A DNA stretch of 64,000 bases from an uncultured Solirubrobacteraceae bacterium (GTDB taxonomy: Bacteria; Actinomycetota; Thermoleophilia; Solirubrobacterales; Solirubrobacteraceae): NCBI GenBank assembly GCA_963775485.1, contig CAVZIH010000003.1, positions 120,252 through 184,251 on the forward strand, written 5' to 3'. A program made the position numbers and the translations under genes. This document shows positions 1 to 10,353 of the stretch, piece by piece (position 1 is the first letter of the stretch; every line of letters begins with the position of its first letter). The notes under the pieces were generated by a model. The model was given only the letters and a program-made list of their open reading frames with translations. It had not been told where the DNA came from and ran no database searches.

Positions 1-55
1 GCGCGCCAGCTAGGGACCTCCCTGATGGAGGGCGCAACACCGCGCGGGGAGTCGC

Positions 56-1144
56 CTAGAGCCGCGCGCCGTGGCGGCGGCTGGCCGTCACCGGCGCCAG
101 TTCGAACAGCAGGCGCTGCAGGCCCGATGCGGGCCACGGCAGCGAGGCCTCGATCGTCGCGCTCAGCTCGCGTGCTCCCGCGACGCGCCCGCGCTGCACG
201 ATGCGCCGCGCGCGCAGGGCCCGCGGCAGCGCGAGCGCGGCTTCGCCCCATGCGCGAAGGTGCTCGCCGAGCATGCCGTCGCGTGCGCTCGCCGCGAGCC
301 AGAGCAGCTGTGCGAGCACGATCTTCCAGCCGTGCTGCAACAGCGCCTGGGCGGGGAAGTCCTTGACGATCAGCAGCAGCGTGTTGCGCCGCTGCAGGCG
401 GCCGTAGTAGCCCCGGCGCCTGCGCGTGGTGGCGCCCCCCATGTGGTAGCCCACGGCCCCCGGCACGTACCACGACTCCAGGCCCGCCAGCTGCGCGCGT
501 ACGCCCCAGTCGATGTCCTCCAGGTAGGCGTAGAAGGACTCGTCGAAGGGGCCGACGGCGTCGAAGGCGGCGCGGCGGTAGAGCGCCGCGCCGGCGCACG
601 CGGCGAAGACGGCCTGGGGCACGTCGAACTGCCCCTCGTCGAGCAGGCCGTGCCCGCGGTTGAAGACCGCCCCCGACCACAGCATCAGATCGCCTGCGGC
701 ATCGATCCGACGGCGGTCGTCGAAGCGCATCAGCTTGCCGGAGGCCGAGGCGGCGCGGGGATGCCGATCGAGCGCGATCCGCAGCTCCTGGAGCCAGTCC
801 GGCTCGAGCTCGATGTCGTTGTTGAGCAGTGCGAGCAGCTCGCCGTCGCTGGCCGCGACGGCGCGGTTCAGCGCGGCGGCCACGCCCACGTTGCGCGGGA
901 TCTCGAGCACCTCGACGGTCGGCCAGCGTGCGCGCACGTGCTCGGCCGAGCCGTCGGAGGAGCCGTTGTCGATGACGATCACGCGAGCCTCCGCCGCGCC
1001 GCGCAGCGCGAGCACGGACGGGACCACGACGTCGAGCAGCTCGAGCCCGTTGTAGTTGAGGATGGCGATCGTCACTCCGCCGCCCGCACGGCCCGTCGGG
1101 ACGCCCTCCGAGCGGCCCCTCGCAAGGCCGTCCGGGCCACTCAT
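56..1144 (-). CDS. Glycosyltransferase family 2 (GT-A)
   Basis: GT2 motifs IAILNYNG, IDNGSSDGS, LLNNDIE, YLEDIDW. ATG at 1144 overlaps the upstream stop (ATGA). Confidence 0.9.
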   Translation of the reverse strand: MSGPDGLARGRSEGVPTGRAGGGVTIAILNYNGLELLDVVVPSVLALRGAAEARVIVIDNGSSDGSAEHVRARWPTVEVLEIPRNVGVAAALNRAVAASDGELLALLNNDIELEPDWLQELRIALDRHPRAASASGKLMRFDDRRRIDAAGDLMLWSGAVFNRGHGLLDEGQFDVPQAVFAACAGAALYRRAAFDAVGPFDESFYAYLEDIDWGVRAQLAGLESWYVPGAVGYHMGGATTRRRRGYYGRLQRRNTLLLIVKDFPAQALLQHGWKIVLAQLLWLAASARDGMLGEHLRAWGEAALALPRALRARRIVQRGRVAGARELSATIEASLPWPASGLQRLLFELAPVTASRRHGARL

Positions 1145-1944
1145 CGCGACACCGCCGCAGGCGCGTGTCCGGCTCGCGTGCCCCACGTCATCTGTTCGAG
1201 ATGCTCCCTGCGTCCCGCGCCGGCGAGCTCGTATTCCTCGGTGCGGTTGTCGGCCAGCAGCTTGTTGACCTGCCCGCCGCTGCGAAACGTGGAGCTCTGG
1301 AACCAGCGCTCGGGCTCATAAGCCGCGCCGTCGGCGCCCACGACGAGCAGCTCCAGGCCACGGTCTCTCACCTGGCGAGAGATGCCCAGCCGCCCGCTCT
1401 CCAGCCGCAGCGCCTGCAGCTTGCGTCTCGGCGCGGGCCACTCCAGCGAGCGCAGCAGCTCGCCGCGCATCGCGAACGCGTTGGTGCGGATGTGCGGGTT
1501 CGGGAAGGGGTCGAAGTCGCGGCGGAACGGGCGCAGCGGTCGCGGCGCGGCCGAGTAGGCGCTCTCCAGCGAGCCGCTCGCGCCCACGATCCCGGCGCCC
1601 GCAGCGGACAGGTGCCGGTCGATCAGCGCCAGCCAGTCATCGCGGCGGACCACGCCGTAGGAGTTCACGAAGCAGTAGCGATCGGCGGGAAGCAGCTCGA
1701 CCGCCTGCCGGTAGGCGGCGAGGTCCAGCACGGGCTCGGGCAGGCGCAGCTCCTCGTGCGGGATGTCGCCGAGCACGCGTCGCCAGGGCGAGAGGTCCTG
1801 GTGCTCGCGAAAGCCGTTGAGCAGCAGCACCAGACGATGCTCGACCCCGGCAGGGTGCAGACGGTAGGAGTCGCTGAAGCTCGCCAACCGGTCCGGCCCG
1901 AGCGGCTCCCACACGAGATGGATCAGGTACAGCTCGCCGCTCAT
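1141..1944 (-). CDS. Conserved hypothetical protein in polysaccharide operon (possible GT-A-like transferase)
   Basis: C-terminal part of ORF 1141..3051 from MSGELYLIHLVW. ATGA overlaps at both ends, globular composition (YCFVNSY, FPNPHIRTNAF). Confidence 0.75.
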   Translation of the reverse strand: MSGELYLIHLVWEPLGPDRLASFSDSYRLHPAGVEHRLVLLLNGFREHQDLSPWRRVLGDIPHEELRLPEPVLDLAAYRQAVELLPADRYCFVNSYGVVRRDDWLALIDRHLSAAGAGIVGASGSLESAYSAAPRPLRPFRRDFDPFPNPHIRTNAFAMRGELLRSLEWPAPRRKLQALRLESGRLGISRQVRDRGLELLVVGADGAAYEPERWFQSSTFRSGGQVNKLLADNRTEEYELAGAGRREHLEQMTWGTRAGHAPAAVSR

Positions 1945-2897
1945 CCGGCCGGCGGCCTCGAGCGGGCCGGACCATCGTGCTCGCGCCACCAGTCGACGGT
2001 GCCGCGCAGGCCCTCGGCGAGGGTCAGTCGCGGCTCCCAGCCGACCTCCTCGTGCAGCCGCGTCACATCGGCGAGTAGCAGATCGGGCTCGCCGGGCCGC
2101 GACGGCAGCGCGCCGAGCTCGATCAGCTCGGGACGGCCGCAGAGCTCGCCGATCATGCGCACCAGCGCGGCGATCTCGACCGCCTCCCCGGAGCCGATGT
2201 TGACCGGCCCGACGGCGCCGCTGTCGAGCAGGGCGGCGAACGCACCGGCGACGTCGGCGCTGTGGAGGAAGTCGCGCCGCTGGCGTCCGTGCGAGCAGGG
2301 CGCGTGCCTGCCGGCCAGCAGGGCCCTGGTGACCGCGGGCACCAGGCGCCCGGGGGGCTCGGCGGGTCCGAACAGGAAGAAGATCCGCCCCCATGCCAGC
2401 TCGACGCCGCTGTGGCCGCAGAGCGACTCGGCGACGAGGTGCAGGGCGTGCTTGCACGTGCCGTAGAGAGTCGCGGCAGCCAGCGGCGAGTCCCGCTCCG
2501 ACAGCGGCCCGCCGGCGCTCCAGTCGTACTCCGCGCAGGTGCCCGCAACCACCGCACGCTCGCCTCCCTGGTTCACGAACGCGCGCACCAGCCCGAGGCT
2601 GGCCTGGAGCCACTCGACGTTCGCCTCGGAGGTCCAGAACGCGCCGTGCTCGGTGTACCAGGCGAGGTGCAGCAGGTGGGTCGGCCGCACGGCTCTCACG
2701 AGCGCGCGCACGGCCGCGGGATCCAGCAGATCGGCCTGGTGCCAGGTGATCGTGCCCCCTGGCGTGCCCGCGCTGCCGGCGCCGGGCGGCGCGGAGCGGC
2801 CCACCGCGTGCACCTCGAAGCCGCGCTCGAGGAGGGCCGCGGGCGCGTGCGCGCCGATGAAGCCGCTCGCGCCGGTGAGGAGCACCCGCCGGGTCAC
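1941..2897 (-). CDS. NAD-dependent epimerase/dehydratase (NDP-4-keto-6-deoxysugar reductase-like)
   Basis: TGASGFIG Rossmann motif, YGTCK (YxxxK). GTG start overlaps the rfbC stop. Confidence 0.9.
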   Translation of the reverse strand: MTRRVLLTGASGFIGAHAPAALLERGFEVHAVGRSAPPGAGSAGTPGGTITWHQADLLDPAAVRALVRAVRPTHLLHLAWYTEHGAFWTSEANVEWLQASLGLVRAFVNQGGERAVVAGTCAEYDWSAGGPLSERDSPLAAATLYGTCKHALHLVAESLCGHSGVELAWGRIFFLFGPAEPPGRLVPAVTRALLAGRHAPCSHGRQRRDFLHSADVAGAFAALLDSGAVGPVNIGSGEAVEIAALVRMIGELCGRPELIELGALPSRPGEPDLLLADVTRLHEEVGWEPRLTLAEGLRGTVDWWREHDGPARSRPPAG

Positions 2898-3433
2898 GGC
2901 ACGAAGTCCGGCCAGGCGCGATCGCGCTCGGACAGCAGCCGCCCGGCGGGCGGCGGGGCGGGCCATCGGATCGCGAAGGCGGGGTCGTCCCAGCGGGCGC
3001 CGCGGGCCGACTCGGGGTGGTAGGGGTGGGAGATCTGGTAGTGGACCTCACTGGAGTCCTCGAGCGTCTGGAAGCCGTGGGCCACGCCGGAGGGGATGTA
3101 GAGCGAGTGCATGTCGTCGCCGCTCAGCTGCAGGCCGAACCAGCTCGCCCGCGTGGGCGAGCCCTCCCTGAGGTCCAGCGCGACGTCGTAGACCGCGCCC
3201 CGCGTGACCCGCACCAGCTTGGCCTCGCCGTGGGGCTCGGCCTGCAGGTGCATGCCCCGCAGCGTGCCCGCGCGGGCGTTGAACGACGTGCTGCTCTGGG
3301 CCACGCAGCGCTCGAGTCCGTGCGCGGCGAACAGCTCCGCGTCGAAGGTGCGGGCGAAGTGGCCCCGCTCGTCGACCAGGGCCTCGAGCTCCACCACGAA
3401 CACCCCCGCCAGTGGCGTCTCGCGGATGACCAT
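2894..3433 (-). CDS. rfbC: dTDP-4-dehydrorhamnose 3,5-epimerase family (RmlC/RfbC cupin)
   Basis: DERGHF, GTLRGMHLQ, YIPSGVAHGFQTL, RWDDP motifs. Confidence 0.92.
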   Translation of the reverse strand: MVIRETPLAGVFVVELEALVDERGHFARTFDAELFAAHGLERCVAQSSTSFNARAGTLRGMHLQAEPHGEAKLVRVTRGAVYDVALDLREGSPTRASWFGLQLSGDDMHSLYIPSGVAHGFQTLEDSSEVHYQISHPYHPESARGARWDDPAFAIRWPAPPPAGRLLSERDRAWPDFVP

Positions 3434-4657
3434 CTAGAAGAGCGCCAACCGGGGGGCGCGCGCGGCGAACCGCCCGCCCCACTCGCGGATGAACGAGAGC
3501 TGGTCCATGATCTCCTCGCGCAGGTTCCACGGCAGGATCAGTACGACGTCGGGGCGCTGCTCGCGGATCGCCTCCGGTGCGTGGATCGGTATGTGGGTAC
3601 CCGGCAGGAAGTGGCCCTGCTTGTGCGGGTTCAGGTCGCAGGTGAACTCCACGAGCTCGCGGCCGATCCCGCAGTAGTTGAGCATCGTGTTGCCCTTCGC
3701 GGGCGCCCCGTAGCCGGCGATCCGCAGGCCTTCCCCGCGCAGGCCGATGAGGAAGCTGAGGATCTCGAGCTTGTCCTGGGCAACCTGGGCGCCGAAGCCC
3801 GCATAGGTCTCCAGCCGATCCAGGCCCGCCGCGCGCTCGCGCGCGTCGAGCTCGGCCGCGGCGTCGCTGTCGGCGCGCGGGTCCTCGTCGTGCGCTCCAT
3901 AGATGCGCAGCGAGCCGCCGTGGGTGGGGAGCTCCTCCACGTCGAACAGGCGCAGGCCGTGGGCGGCGAATATCTCGCGCACGGTCAGCCACGAGAAGTA
4001 GGAGAAGTGCTCGTGGTAGATCGTGTCCCACTGGCTGTCCTGGATCAGCCGCAGCAGGTGCGGGAACTCCATCGTGATCGTGCCGCCGGGAGCCAGCAGC
4101 GTCTTCATCCCCGCGACGAAGTCGTTGAGGTCGGGGACGTGGGCAAGGACGTTGTTGCCGAGCAGCAGATCGGCCGCCGAGTCGGCCGCGAGCGACGCCG
4201 CGGTCTGCTCCCCGAAGAACTCCACGAGCGTGGGGATCCCCCGCTGCAGCGCGAGCTTGGCGACGTTGGCGGCGGGCTCGATCCCGAGCACGGGCACCTG
4301 GCGCTCGTGGAAGTACTGCAGCAGGTAGCCGTCGTTGGAGGCGATCTCCACGACGTGGCTGGAGGGCCCCAGCCGGAGGCGGTCGATCATCAGCTCGACA
4401 TAGCCGCGGGCGTGCTCCAGCCAGGTGGTCGAGTACGAGGAGAAGTAGGCGTAGTCGGAGAAGATGCCTGCGGGGGTCTCGAACTGCTCGAGCTGCACCA
4501 GCCGGCAGCGCTCGCAGACGTAGGCGCGCAGCGGGTAGAAGCGCTCCATCGCGCTCTCCTGCTCCGGGGCGAGGTAGCTGTTGGCCAGCGGCGACATGCC
4601 GAGGTCGGCGAACACGTGCTGCAGTGGAGTCGCACAGAAGCGACAGGAGGCGGTCAT
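3434..4657 (-). CDS. SAM-dependent NDP-hexose C3-methyltransferase
   Basis: Zn ribbon CRFC/CERC, EIASNDG, TIYHEHFSYFS, YGAPAKGNT, LPWN, matching the sugar C-methyltransferase family. Confidence 0.9.
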   Translation of the reverse strand: MTASCRFCATPLQHVFADLGMSPLANSYLAPEQESAMERFYPLRAYVCERCRLVQLEQFETPAGIFSDYAYFSSYSTTWLEHARGYVELMIDRLRLGPSSHVVEIASNDGYLLQYFHERQVPVLGIEPAANVAKLALQRGIPTLVEFFGEQTAASLAADSAADLLLGNNVLAHVPDLNDFVAGMKTLLAPGGTITMEFPHLLRLIQDSQWDTIYHEHFSYFSWLTVREIFAAHGLRLFDVEELPTHGGSLRIYGAHDEDPRADSDAAAELDARERAAGLDRLETYAGFGAQVAQDKLEILSFLIGLRGEGLRIAGYGAPAKGNTMLNYCGIGRELVEFTCDLNPHKQGHFLPGTHIPIHAPEAIREQRPDVVLILPWNLREEIMDQLSFIREWGGRFAARAPRLALF

Positions 4658-6174
4658 GGCGGCGTCACTCTAGCGGAGGGTGAGTTCCTCAAATCGCGCA
4701 TCGCATGGCGCAACTCCGGTGGGAAACGGCCCATCAGCGCGATCCCGGCGACGTACACGCAGCTGCCCACCACGACCTCCACGACGGGGTGGATTCCGAC
4801 CAGGAAACCCAGACCGATACCCGCGCCCGCCGCCACGGCAGCGATCGGGATCACGCCGAAGGGCAGTCCCAGATCGGGTCTCGCTTCGACGAGCGCCGCG
4901 ACGCTCACGGTGGCGAGCGCGAGCTCCGCTCCGACGGTCGCGATCGCCGCCCCCCGCGCCGCCAGCAACGGCTCGAGCGCGAAGGTGAGAGCGACGGCCG
5001 CGACGAGCCCGAGGCCGTTGGCCAGCAGCAGCGCGCGAATCCGGCCGAGCGACAGCAGCGGATAGCCGCAGGCGACCGCGACGAAGGTGAACATCACGGC
5101 CACGCCCTGGATGCGCAGCACCGAGCTCGCCGGGTCGTTGGCGTGACCTGTGAGCACGTGCACGGCGAACCCCGACCCGAGCTCGAGCACCACCACGAGC
5201 CATGCGCCGATCAGGATCGCGAGCTCGAACATCCGCCGGGCGGCGTGGGTGAAGCGCTCGTCGTCGTCGCGCTGGGCGCGGATCAGGATCGGGAAGGCGG
5301 CCGCCATCACCAGGCCCGGCAGGACGATGAGCACTTCCACCACCCGGAAGGACACCGAGAAGTAGCCCGTCTGGATCGCGCCCGCGATCAGCGACATGAT
5401 CACCACCGTGATGCGGAAGTACACGCTGTTCATGGCGATCGCCACGGCGTAGGCCGCGGTGCTGCGCAGCAGGCCCCCGACCGCGCCGAAATCGAACACC
5501 GGCCGAAGCGGGAACAGCCCGCGCACGAGCCTCACGCTCAACAGCAGCGCGATCAGCCCGGCGGGGATGGTCACGGCGAAGAAGCCGAGCAGCTGCGATC
5601 CGGCGAGCACCAGCGCGATGATCAGGGCCACGCCGATGAACTGCCGCAGCGACTCCGCCAGGGCGACCCAGCCGAACTGGAGCGTGGACTGCAGCGATAT
5701 GTCGAGCAGGTCCTGGGTGACCGCGAGCGTCATCCCGATCCCCGCGAGCAGCGTGCCGAGGACCATCACCTCGCCGTAGCCGGCGAGCACGGCGAAGGCC
5801 ACCGCCGCGGCCACGCCGAGCACGCTCAGGACCATTCTGATGCCGAGCAGGTTGGCCATCAGGCGCTCGCGCTCGGCCTCGCTGCGGGCGGAGTACTCGC
5901 GCAGCGCGACCGTGTTGACACCGCCCTCGGTGAGCCCACCCACGATCGCGACCAGCGCGACCACGGTTATGTAGTGGCCGTATTCGATTTCCCCGAGATG
6001 CCTGACCAGCAGGGGAGCGGAGATCAGGCTGAGCAGGATGCCGGCCACGTACACGCTGACGCGCATCGCGCTGCCGCGCAGCGCCTTCGGTCCCGCGCGC
6101 GGGGTGTCGAGGACGTCGCCGTCGGGGCTGCTCGGCGGCTCCCCGGCGACGGACGGCTCCACTGCACCCATCAC
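4654..6174 (-). CDS. wzx: Oligosaccharide flippase (Wzx/MOP family)
   Basis: About 12-14 hydrophobic segments, LLVRHLG...YG N-terminal pattern, operon context. Confidence 0.85.
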   Translation of the reverse strand: MMGAVEPSVAGEPPSSPDGDVLDTPRAGPKALRGSAMRVSVYVAGILLSLISAPLLVRHLGEIEYGHYITVVALVAIVGGLTEGGVNTVALREYSARSEAERERLMANLLGIRMVLSVLGVAAAVAFAVLAGYGEVMVLGTLLAGIGMTLAVTQDLLDISLQSTLQFGWVALAESLRQFIGVALIIALVLAGSQLLGFFAVTIPAGLIALLLSVRLVRGLFPLRPVFDFGAVGGLLRSTAAYAVAIAMNSVYFRITVVIMSLIAGAIQTGYFSVSFRVVEVLIVLPGLVMAAAFPILIRAQRDDDERFTHAARRMFELAILIGAWLVVVLELGSGFAVHVLTGHANDPASSVLRIQGVAVMFTFVAVACGYPLLSLGRIRALLLANGLGLVAAVALTFALEPLLAARGAAIATVGAELALATVSVAALVEARPDLGLPFGVIPIAAVAAGAGIGLGFLVGIHPVVEVVVGSCVYVAGIALMGRFPPELRHAMRDLRNSPSARVTPP

Positions 6175-6180
6175 GCCATC

Positions 6181-7134
6181 CTACGCGGGGGTCCTGCGCC
6201 CGCTTCCGGCTTCAGCCGGGTCGGGATCCCTGCGCAGCAGCAGGGTCACGGCCGCGCCGCGCCGGCCGCGGCGCTCCAGCGGCGAGAGCGCCAGCGTCAG
6301 CCCCTGGGCCCCCCGCCGGAACCAGCGCGAGTCCACGCCGCCGGCGGGCCTCGGGTGCAGCCCGTACATCCATCCGAAGAGATCGCAGTGCAGGCCGAAG
6401 GGATCGGACGTGGTGAGAGCGACGCAGGTGAGCCCGAGCTCGCGGCCGCGCGCCAGCAGAGCGTCGGGCGGCACCAGGCAGAGGTGCCTCGGCGCGTCGA
6501 GGTGCGGCCAGCGGGCGCCGAGCAGGCGGAACTGCAGGGAGGCGGGGTTGGGGACCGCGAGCGCGAGGATCCCTCCCGGCTCCAGCTTGGCCGCGAGCTG
6601 CTCCAGCACCTCGGCGGGATCGGGGAGGTGCTCGAACACGTGCCAGAGCACGATCGCGCCGGCGGGGTCGAGATCCGCCAGCGCCCGCAGGGGGCGGTCG
6701 CTGCAGATCGCCCGCACCCCGAGCTGCCGGCTGAGATACTCGCAGCAGCGCTCGTTCATCTCGATCGCCGTCACGTCGAAGCCGCCCGCGCGCGCCGCCG
6801 CAGCGAAGCCGCCCGCGCCGGAGCCGATCTCGATCAGCCGCCCCGGCTGCAGGTGCCGGCGCAGGCGCTCAACGCGCCAGGCCTCCGAGCGCAGCAGGAG
6901 CTCGTTTCCCTTCCAGTCCGGCTCACCGTCGGGGCCGAAGCCGTGATAGTCGCTGTCGTAGTAGCTGGCCAGGTCCGGCGGGACGCCGGCGAGGAAGACC
7001 GTGCCGCAGGCCGCGCAGTGGGCGTAGGTGAAGCGCTCGTCGGTGATCTCCCTGTTGCGGTCCCAGGCGCGCAGCGCCGGTGCGCTCACCCCGCCGCACA
7101 TCGGGCACGCGGGTGTCCTGGGCGCGGAGCTCAC
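6181..7134 (-). CDS. Class I SAM-dependent methyltransferase with N-terminal Zn ribbon
   Basis: CPMC/CAAC, LIEIGSGAG, WHVFEHLPDP, LAVPN. Confidence 0.88.
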   Translation of the reverse strand: MSSAPRTPACPMCGGVSAPALRAWDRNREITDERFTYAHCAACGTVFLAGVPPDLASYYDSDYHGFGPDGEPDWKGNELLLRSEAWRVERLRRHLQPGRLIEIGSGAGGFAAAARAGGFDVTAIEMNERCCEYLSRQLGVRAICSDRPLRALADLDPAGAIVLWHVFEHLPDPAEVLEQLAAKLEPGGILALAVPNPASLQFRLLGARWPHLDAPRHLCLVPPDALLARGRELGLTCVALTTSDPFGLHCDLFGWMYGLHPRPAGGVDSRWFRRGAQGLTLALSPLERRGRRGAAVTLLLRRDPDPAEAGSGRRTPA

Positions 7135-8198
7135 GAACCGCCCCGATCGAGCAGCAGGCCGAGAATGCCGCGCAAGCGCTCCACCGGGCCCTGGCCGGCG
7201 TAGGGCACGGGGGTCATGATGCTCTCCAGATAGTCCACGCCGACGCGCCGCCCGCGCTGCACCGCCCGGCGCTTGCGCAGCGTCGCCGGCAGCGCGCGGA
7301 TCGCCCCGGCCAGGGCCTCCAGCTGGCGGCCGAGCATCCCGTCGTGCATGCTCGCCACGACCCAGCCGCCCTGGTAGGCGATGATCTTCCCGGCGTGCCG
7401 CGCGAGTGCACGCGAGGGGAAGTTCTTGACGACGACGAGCATCTGGTTGCGCCGCTGCAGGGCGTTGTAGCGGCGGCCCTCCCGCCGGGTCGTGGCTCCG
7501 CCCATGTGGTAGGCGACGGCGCGCGGCTCATAGCGTGCGCGCCAGCCGCGCAGCTGAGCGCGAAAGCCCCAGTCGATGTCCTCCTGGTAGGCGAAGAAGT
7601 CCTCGTCGAACGCGCCGACGTCGGCGAACGCCGCACGGCGGTAGAGCGCCGCGCCCGCGCACGGGCTGAACACCCATGCCGGCTCGTCGTAGCCGCCGTC
7701 GTCCGGCTCGCCGAAGCCGCGGTGGCTCGCCGCTCCCGACCACATCAGCAGATCGCCCGCGCCGTCGAGCTCGCCACGGCGCTCGAAGTTGAGCATCTTG
7801 CCGGTGGCCGAACCCGCCTGCGGGTGCTCCTCCATGGCGCGCACCAGCCAGCCCAGCCACCCCGGATCGAGCTCGAGATCGTTGTTCAGCAGCGCGACGA
7901 GCTCGCTCGGGGCCGCCCGCGAGAGGCCGCGGTTGAGCGCCGCCGCGACGCCCACGTTGTGCGGTATCTCGAGCAACTCGGCCTGCGGCCAGCGCTCGCG
8001 CACCATCGCCGCCGACCCGTCGCGGGAGCCGTTGTCGACCACCAGCACGCGGAGGTCGCGGTAGTCCTGCGCGAACAGGCTCGGCATGATCACCTCCAGG
8101 AGCTCGCGGCCGTCGTAGCTCAGCACGATCGCCGTCACGCGCGCGGGCGGCGCGGCGCCGGCGGGGTCGTGCTCGGGGTTGGCGCGGACCGGCGGCAC
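7131..8198 (-). CDS. Glycosyltransferase family 2 (paralog of 56-1144)
   Basis: VDNGSRDGS, LLNNDLE, YQEDIDW. Confidence 0.9.
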   Translation of the reverse strand: MPPVRANPEHDPAGAAPPARVTAIVLSYDGRELLEVIMPSLFAQDYRDLRVLVVDNGSRDGSAAMVRERWPQAELLEIPHNVGVAAALNRGLSRAAPSELVALLNNDLELDPGWLGWLVRAMEEHPQAGSATGKMLNFERRGELDGAGDLLMWSGAASHRGFGEPDDGGYDEPAWVFSPCAGAALYRRAAFADVGAFDEDFFAYQEDIDWGFRAQLRGWRARYEPRAVAYHMGGATTRREGRRYNALQRRNQMLVVVKNFPSRALARHAGKIIAYQGGWVVASMHDGMLGRQLEALAGAIRALPATLRKRRAVQRGRRVGVDYLESIMTPVPYAGQGPVERLRGILGLLLDRGGS

Positions 8199-8201
8199 GC
8201 C

Positions 8202-9260
8202 TCACACCCGTGAGGCGGTGCGCGTGTCGTAGAGCGCCTCGAAGAACTTCCGCTGGACGGGATGGCGGCGGTCGAACACCGCGCTCCAGTGCGACGGCAC
8301 GGGGTAGTCCTCGCGCCGCACCACGACGTCATCGAACGGGTTGACCGAACGTTCCCACTGCTTGGTGTAGAACCAGCCGTCGCAGTGCCTGGCGATCTGC
8401 TCGAAGTAGTAGGCGATCTGCTCGTGTCCCATCTCGTGCAGCGAGCTCACGTTGATGAACAGATCCGCATGCAGCGGCGGCAGCAGCGCGAGCTGGTTCG
8501 GGGTGAGGAACACGAGGTCGGCGGCCTCGAACTCCTCGGCTACGTCCTCGTACCGCTCGATGTGCCGGAAGCGAAACGCGCGGCGCTCGGGGAACAGCTC
8601 CGTCAGGTAGCGCTGCGCGATCGCCAGGCCCGGAGGTATGTCCACGAGCACGTAGCGCACGCCGGGCAGGGCGCTGAGGAACACCCACGCCAGCCTCCCG
8701 TAGCCCGAGCCCAGCTCGATCGCCAGGCGCGGAGCGTCGGGGAGCGCGTTGCGGATGCTCGCGTACTCGATCACCGAGTTGCAGAGGTCCTCGCTCACGC
8801 GCCTGCGCCGGTGGCGGACGCAGACCGGATGCCCGAGCGCCGGCTCCTCGAGCTCGTCGAGGATCCGCCCGGCGCCCCGGCGCCTGCGCGCGTACCCGGC
8901 GAGCGCACCGATGTAAACCGCGTACACGCGCCCGAACACACGCGTGCGCAGAGCCGTCAGACGCCCCGGCGGCACCTCCAGCGGGAGATCCAGGCGCGAG
9001 AACAGCGTGCGCGTGGGCTGGTGCCAGAGCCAGTCGCGGAAGACCGCCCGGAACTGGGGATCGCGCGGGCTCGTGACCATGAACTGGAAGAAGTGGCGGT
9101 TGACGGTCTGCTTGAACGCAGCGAAGCCCCCCTGCTCCTGCAGTTCCTGGTACTGCAGCTCCGCGTGGTGCTCCCAGAAACCCGACGGGCGGATGATCTC
9201 CGGCGCCCGGCGCAGCTCTGCGAGCATCTCCCCGAGCCCCGGTAGCTCCTCCTCAGCCAC
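8202..9260 (-). CDS. Putative sugar O-methyltransferase
   Basis: IELGSGYGRLA, YVLVDIP, DLFINVSSLHEM...IAYYF pattern of the putative sugar O-methyltransferase family. Confidence 0.8.
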   Translation of the reverse strand: MAEEELPGLGEMLAELRRAPEIIRPSGFWEHHAELQYQELQEQGGFAAFKQTVNRHFFQFMVTSPRDPQFRAVFRDWLWHQPTRTLFSRLDLPLEVPPGRLTALRTRVFGRVYAVYIGALAGYARRRRGAGRILDELEEPALGHPVCVRHRRRRVSEDLCNSVIEYASIRNALPDAPRLAIELGSGYGRLAWVFLSALPGVRYVLVDIPPGLAIAQRYLTELFPERRAFRFRHIERYEDVAEEFEAADLVFLTPNQLALLPPLHADLFINVSSLHEMGHEQIAYYFEQIARHCDGWFYTKQWERSVNPFDDVVVRREDYPVPSHWSAVFDRRHPVQRKFFEALYDTRTASRV

Positions 9261-10353
9261 CCGCCAGCGCCTCGATCTGCTCGGTCGTCACCGCGCGCAT
9301 GTCCGCCTCGGAGCGCAGCCGCTCGTACCAGCCGACCGTCGCCTCCAGTGCCCGCTCGAGCCCCACCAGCGGGCGCCAGCCGAGATCTGCCCGCGCGCGC
9401 GAGGAGTCGAGCTTGAGGTAGCGCGCCTCGTGCGGGTGCGGGCCCTCGTCGGTCACCGACTCGAGCCCCCCGTCCCACAGCTCCGACAGGCGCTGCACGA
9501 TCCAGCCGACGGGCCGGGCGTCCTCCTCGGCCGGTCCGAAGTTCCATCCGCTCGCACGCGCCGGCGACTCCCACAGGGCCTGCGCGAGCACCAGGTACCC
9601 GCTGAGCGGGTTGAGCACGTGCTGCCAGGGCCTGATCGAGTTGGGGTTGCGCACGCGCACGCGCTCGCCGGCGAGCGCGGCGCGCATGATGTCCGGCACC
9701 AGCCGGTCCTCGCCCCAGTCGCCGCCCCCGATCACGTTCCCCGCTCGCGCCGAGGCGAGCCGCGGCCCGTCCGGGTCGGAGAAGAACGAGCGCCGGAACG
9801 CGGCCGTGACCAGCTCGGCGGCGCCCTTGGAGCTCGAGTAGGGATCGTGGCCACCCATCGGCTCGGTCTCGCGGTAGCCCCACTCCCACTCGCGGTTCTC
9901 GTAGCACTTGTCCGAGGTCACGTTCACCACCACGCGCACCCCTCCGCCCGCCAGCCGGACCGCGTCGAGCACGTTCACCGTGCCCATCACGTTGGTCTGG
10001 AAGGTCTCGCGCGGCTCGGCGAAGGATCGCCGCACGAGCGACTGGGCCGCCATGTGGATCACGACCTCGGGACCCGCCGCGGCCAGGGCCGCGGCCACCG
10101 CCGCGGGATCGCGGACGTCGCCGCGCACGCTCTCCATGCCCTCGCCCACCCGCGCGAGCTCGAACAGGCAGGGCTCCGTGGGCACACCGTCGGAGAACCC
10201 CGTCACGTGCGCCCCGAGCGCCTGCAGCCACAGTGACAGCCACGCTCCCTTGAAGCCCGTGTGCCCCGTCAGGAGCACCCGCCTGCCCTGCCAGAAGCTC
10301 GCGTCGACCGCCCCGCCGGCGGCGGCCGGCGCCGTCTCCCCGGGAGCGCTCAC
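9253..10353 (-). CDS. rfbG: CDP-glucose 4,6-dehydratase
   Basis: [53 protein letters not shown] at 10353 overlaps the true rfbF stop (GTGA). Confidence 0.93.
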   Translation of the reverse strand: MSAPGETAPAAAGGAVDASFWQGRRVLLTGHTGFKGAWLSLWLQALGAHVTGFSDGVPTEPCLFELARVGEGMESVRGDVRDPAAVAAALAAAGPEVVIHMAAQSLVRRSFAEPRETFQTNVMGTVNVLDAVRLAGGGVRVVVNVTSDKCYENREWEWGYRETEPMGGHDPYSSSKGAAELVTAAFRRSFFSDPDGPRLASARAGNVIGGGDWGEDRLVPDIMRAALAGERVRVRNPNSIRPWQHVLNPLSGYLVLAQALWESPARASGWNFGPAEEDARPVGWIVQRLSELWDGGLESVTDEGPHPHEARYLKLDSSRARADLGWRPLVGLERALEATVGWYERLRSEADMRAVTTEQIEALAGG

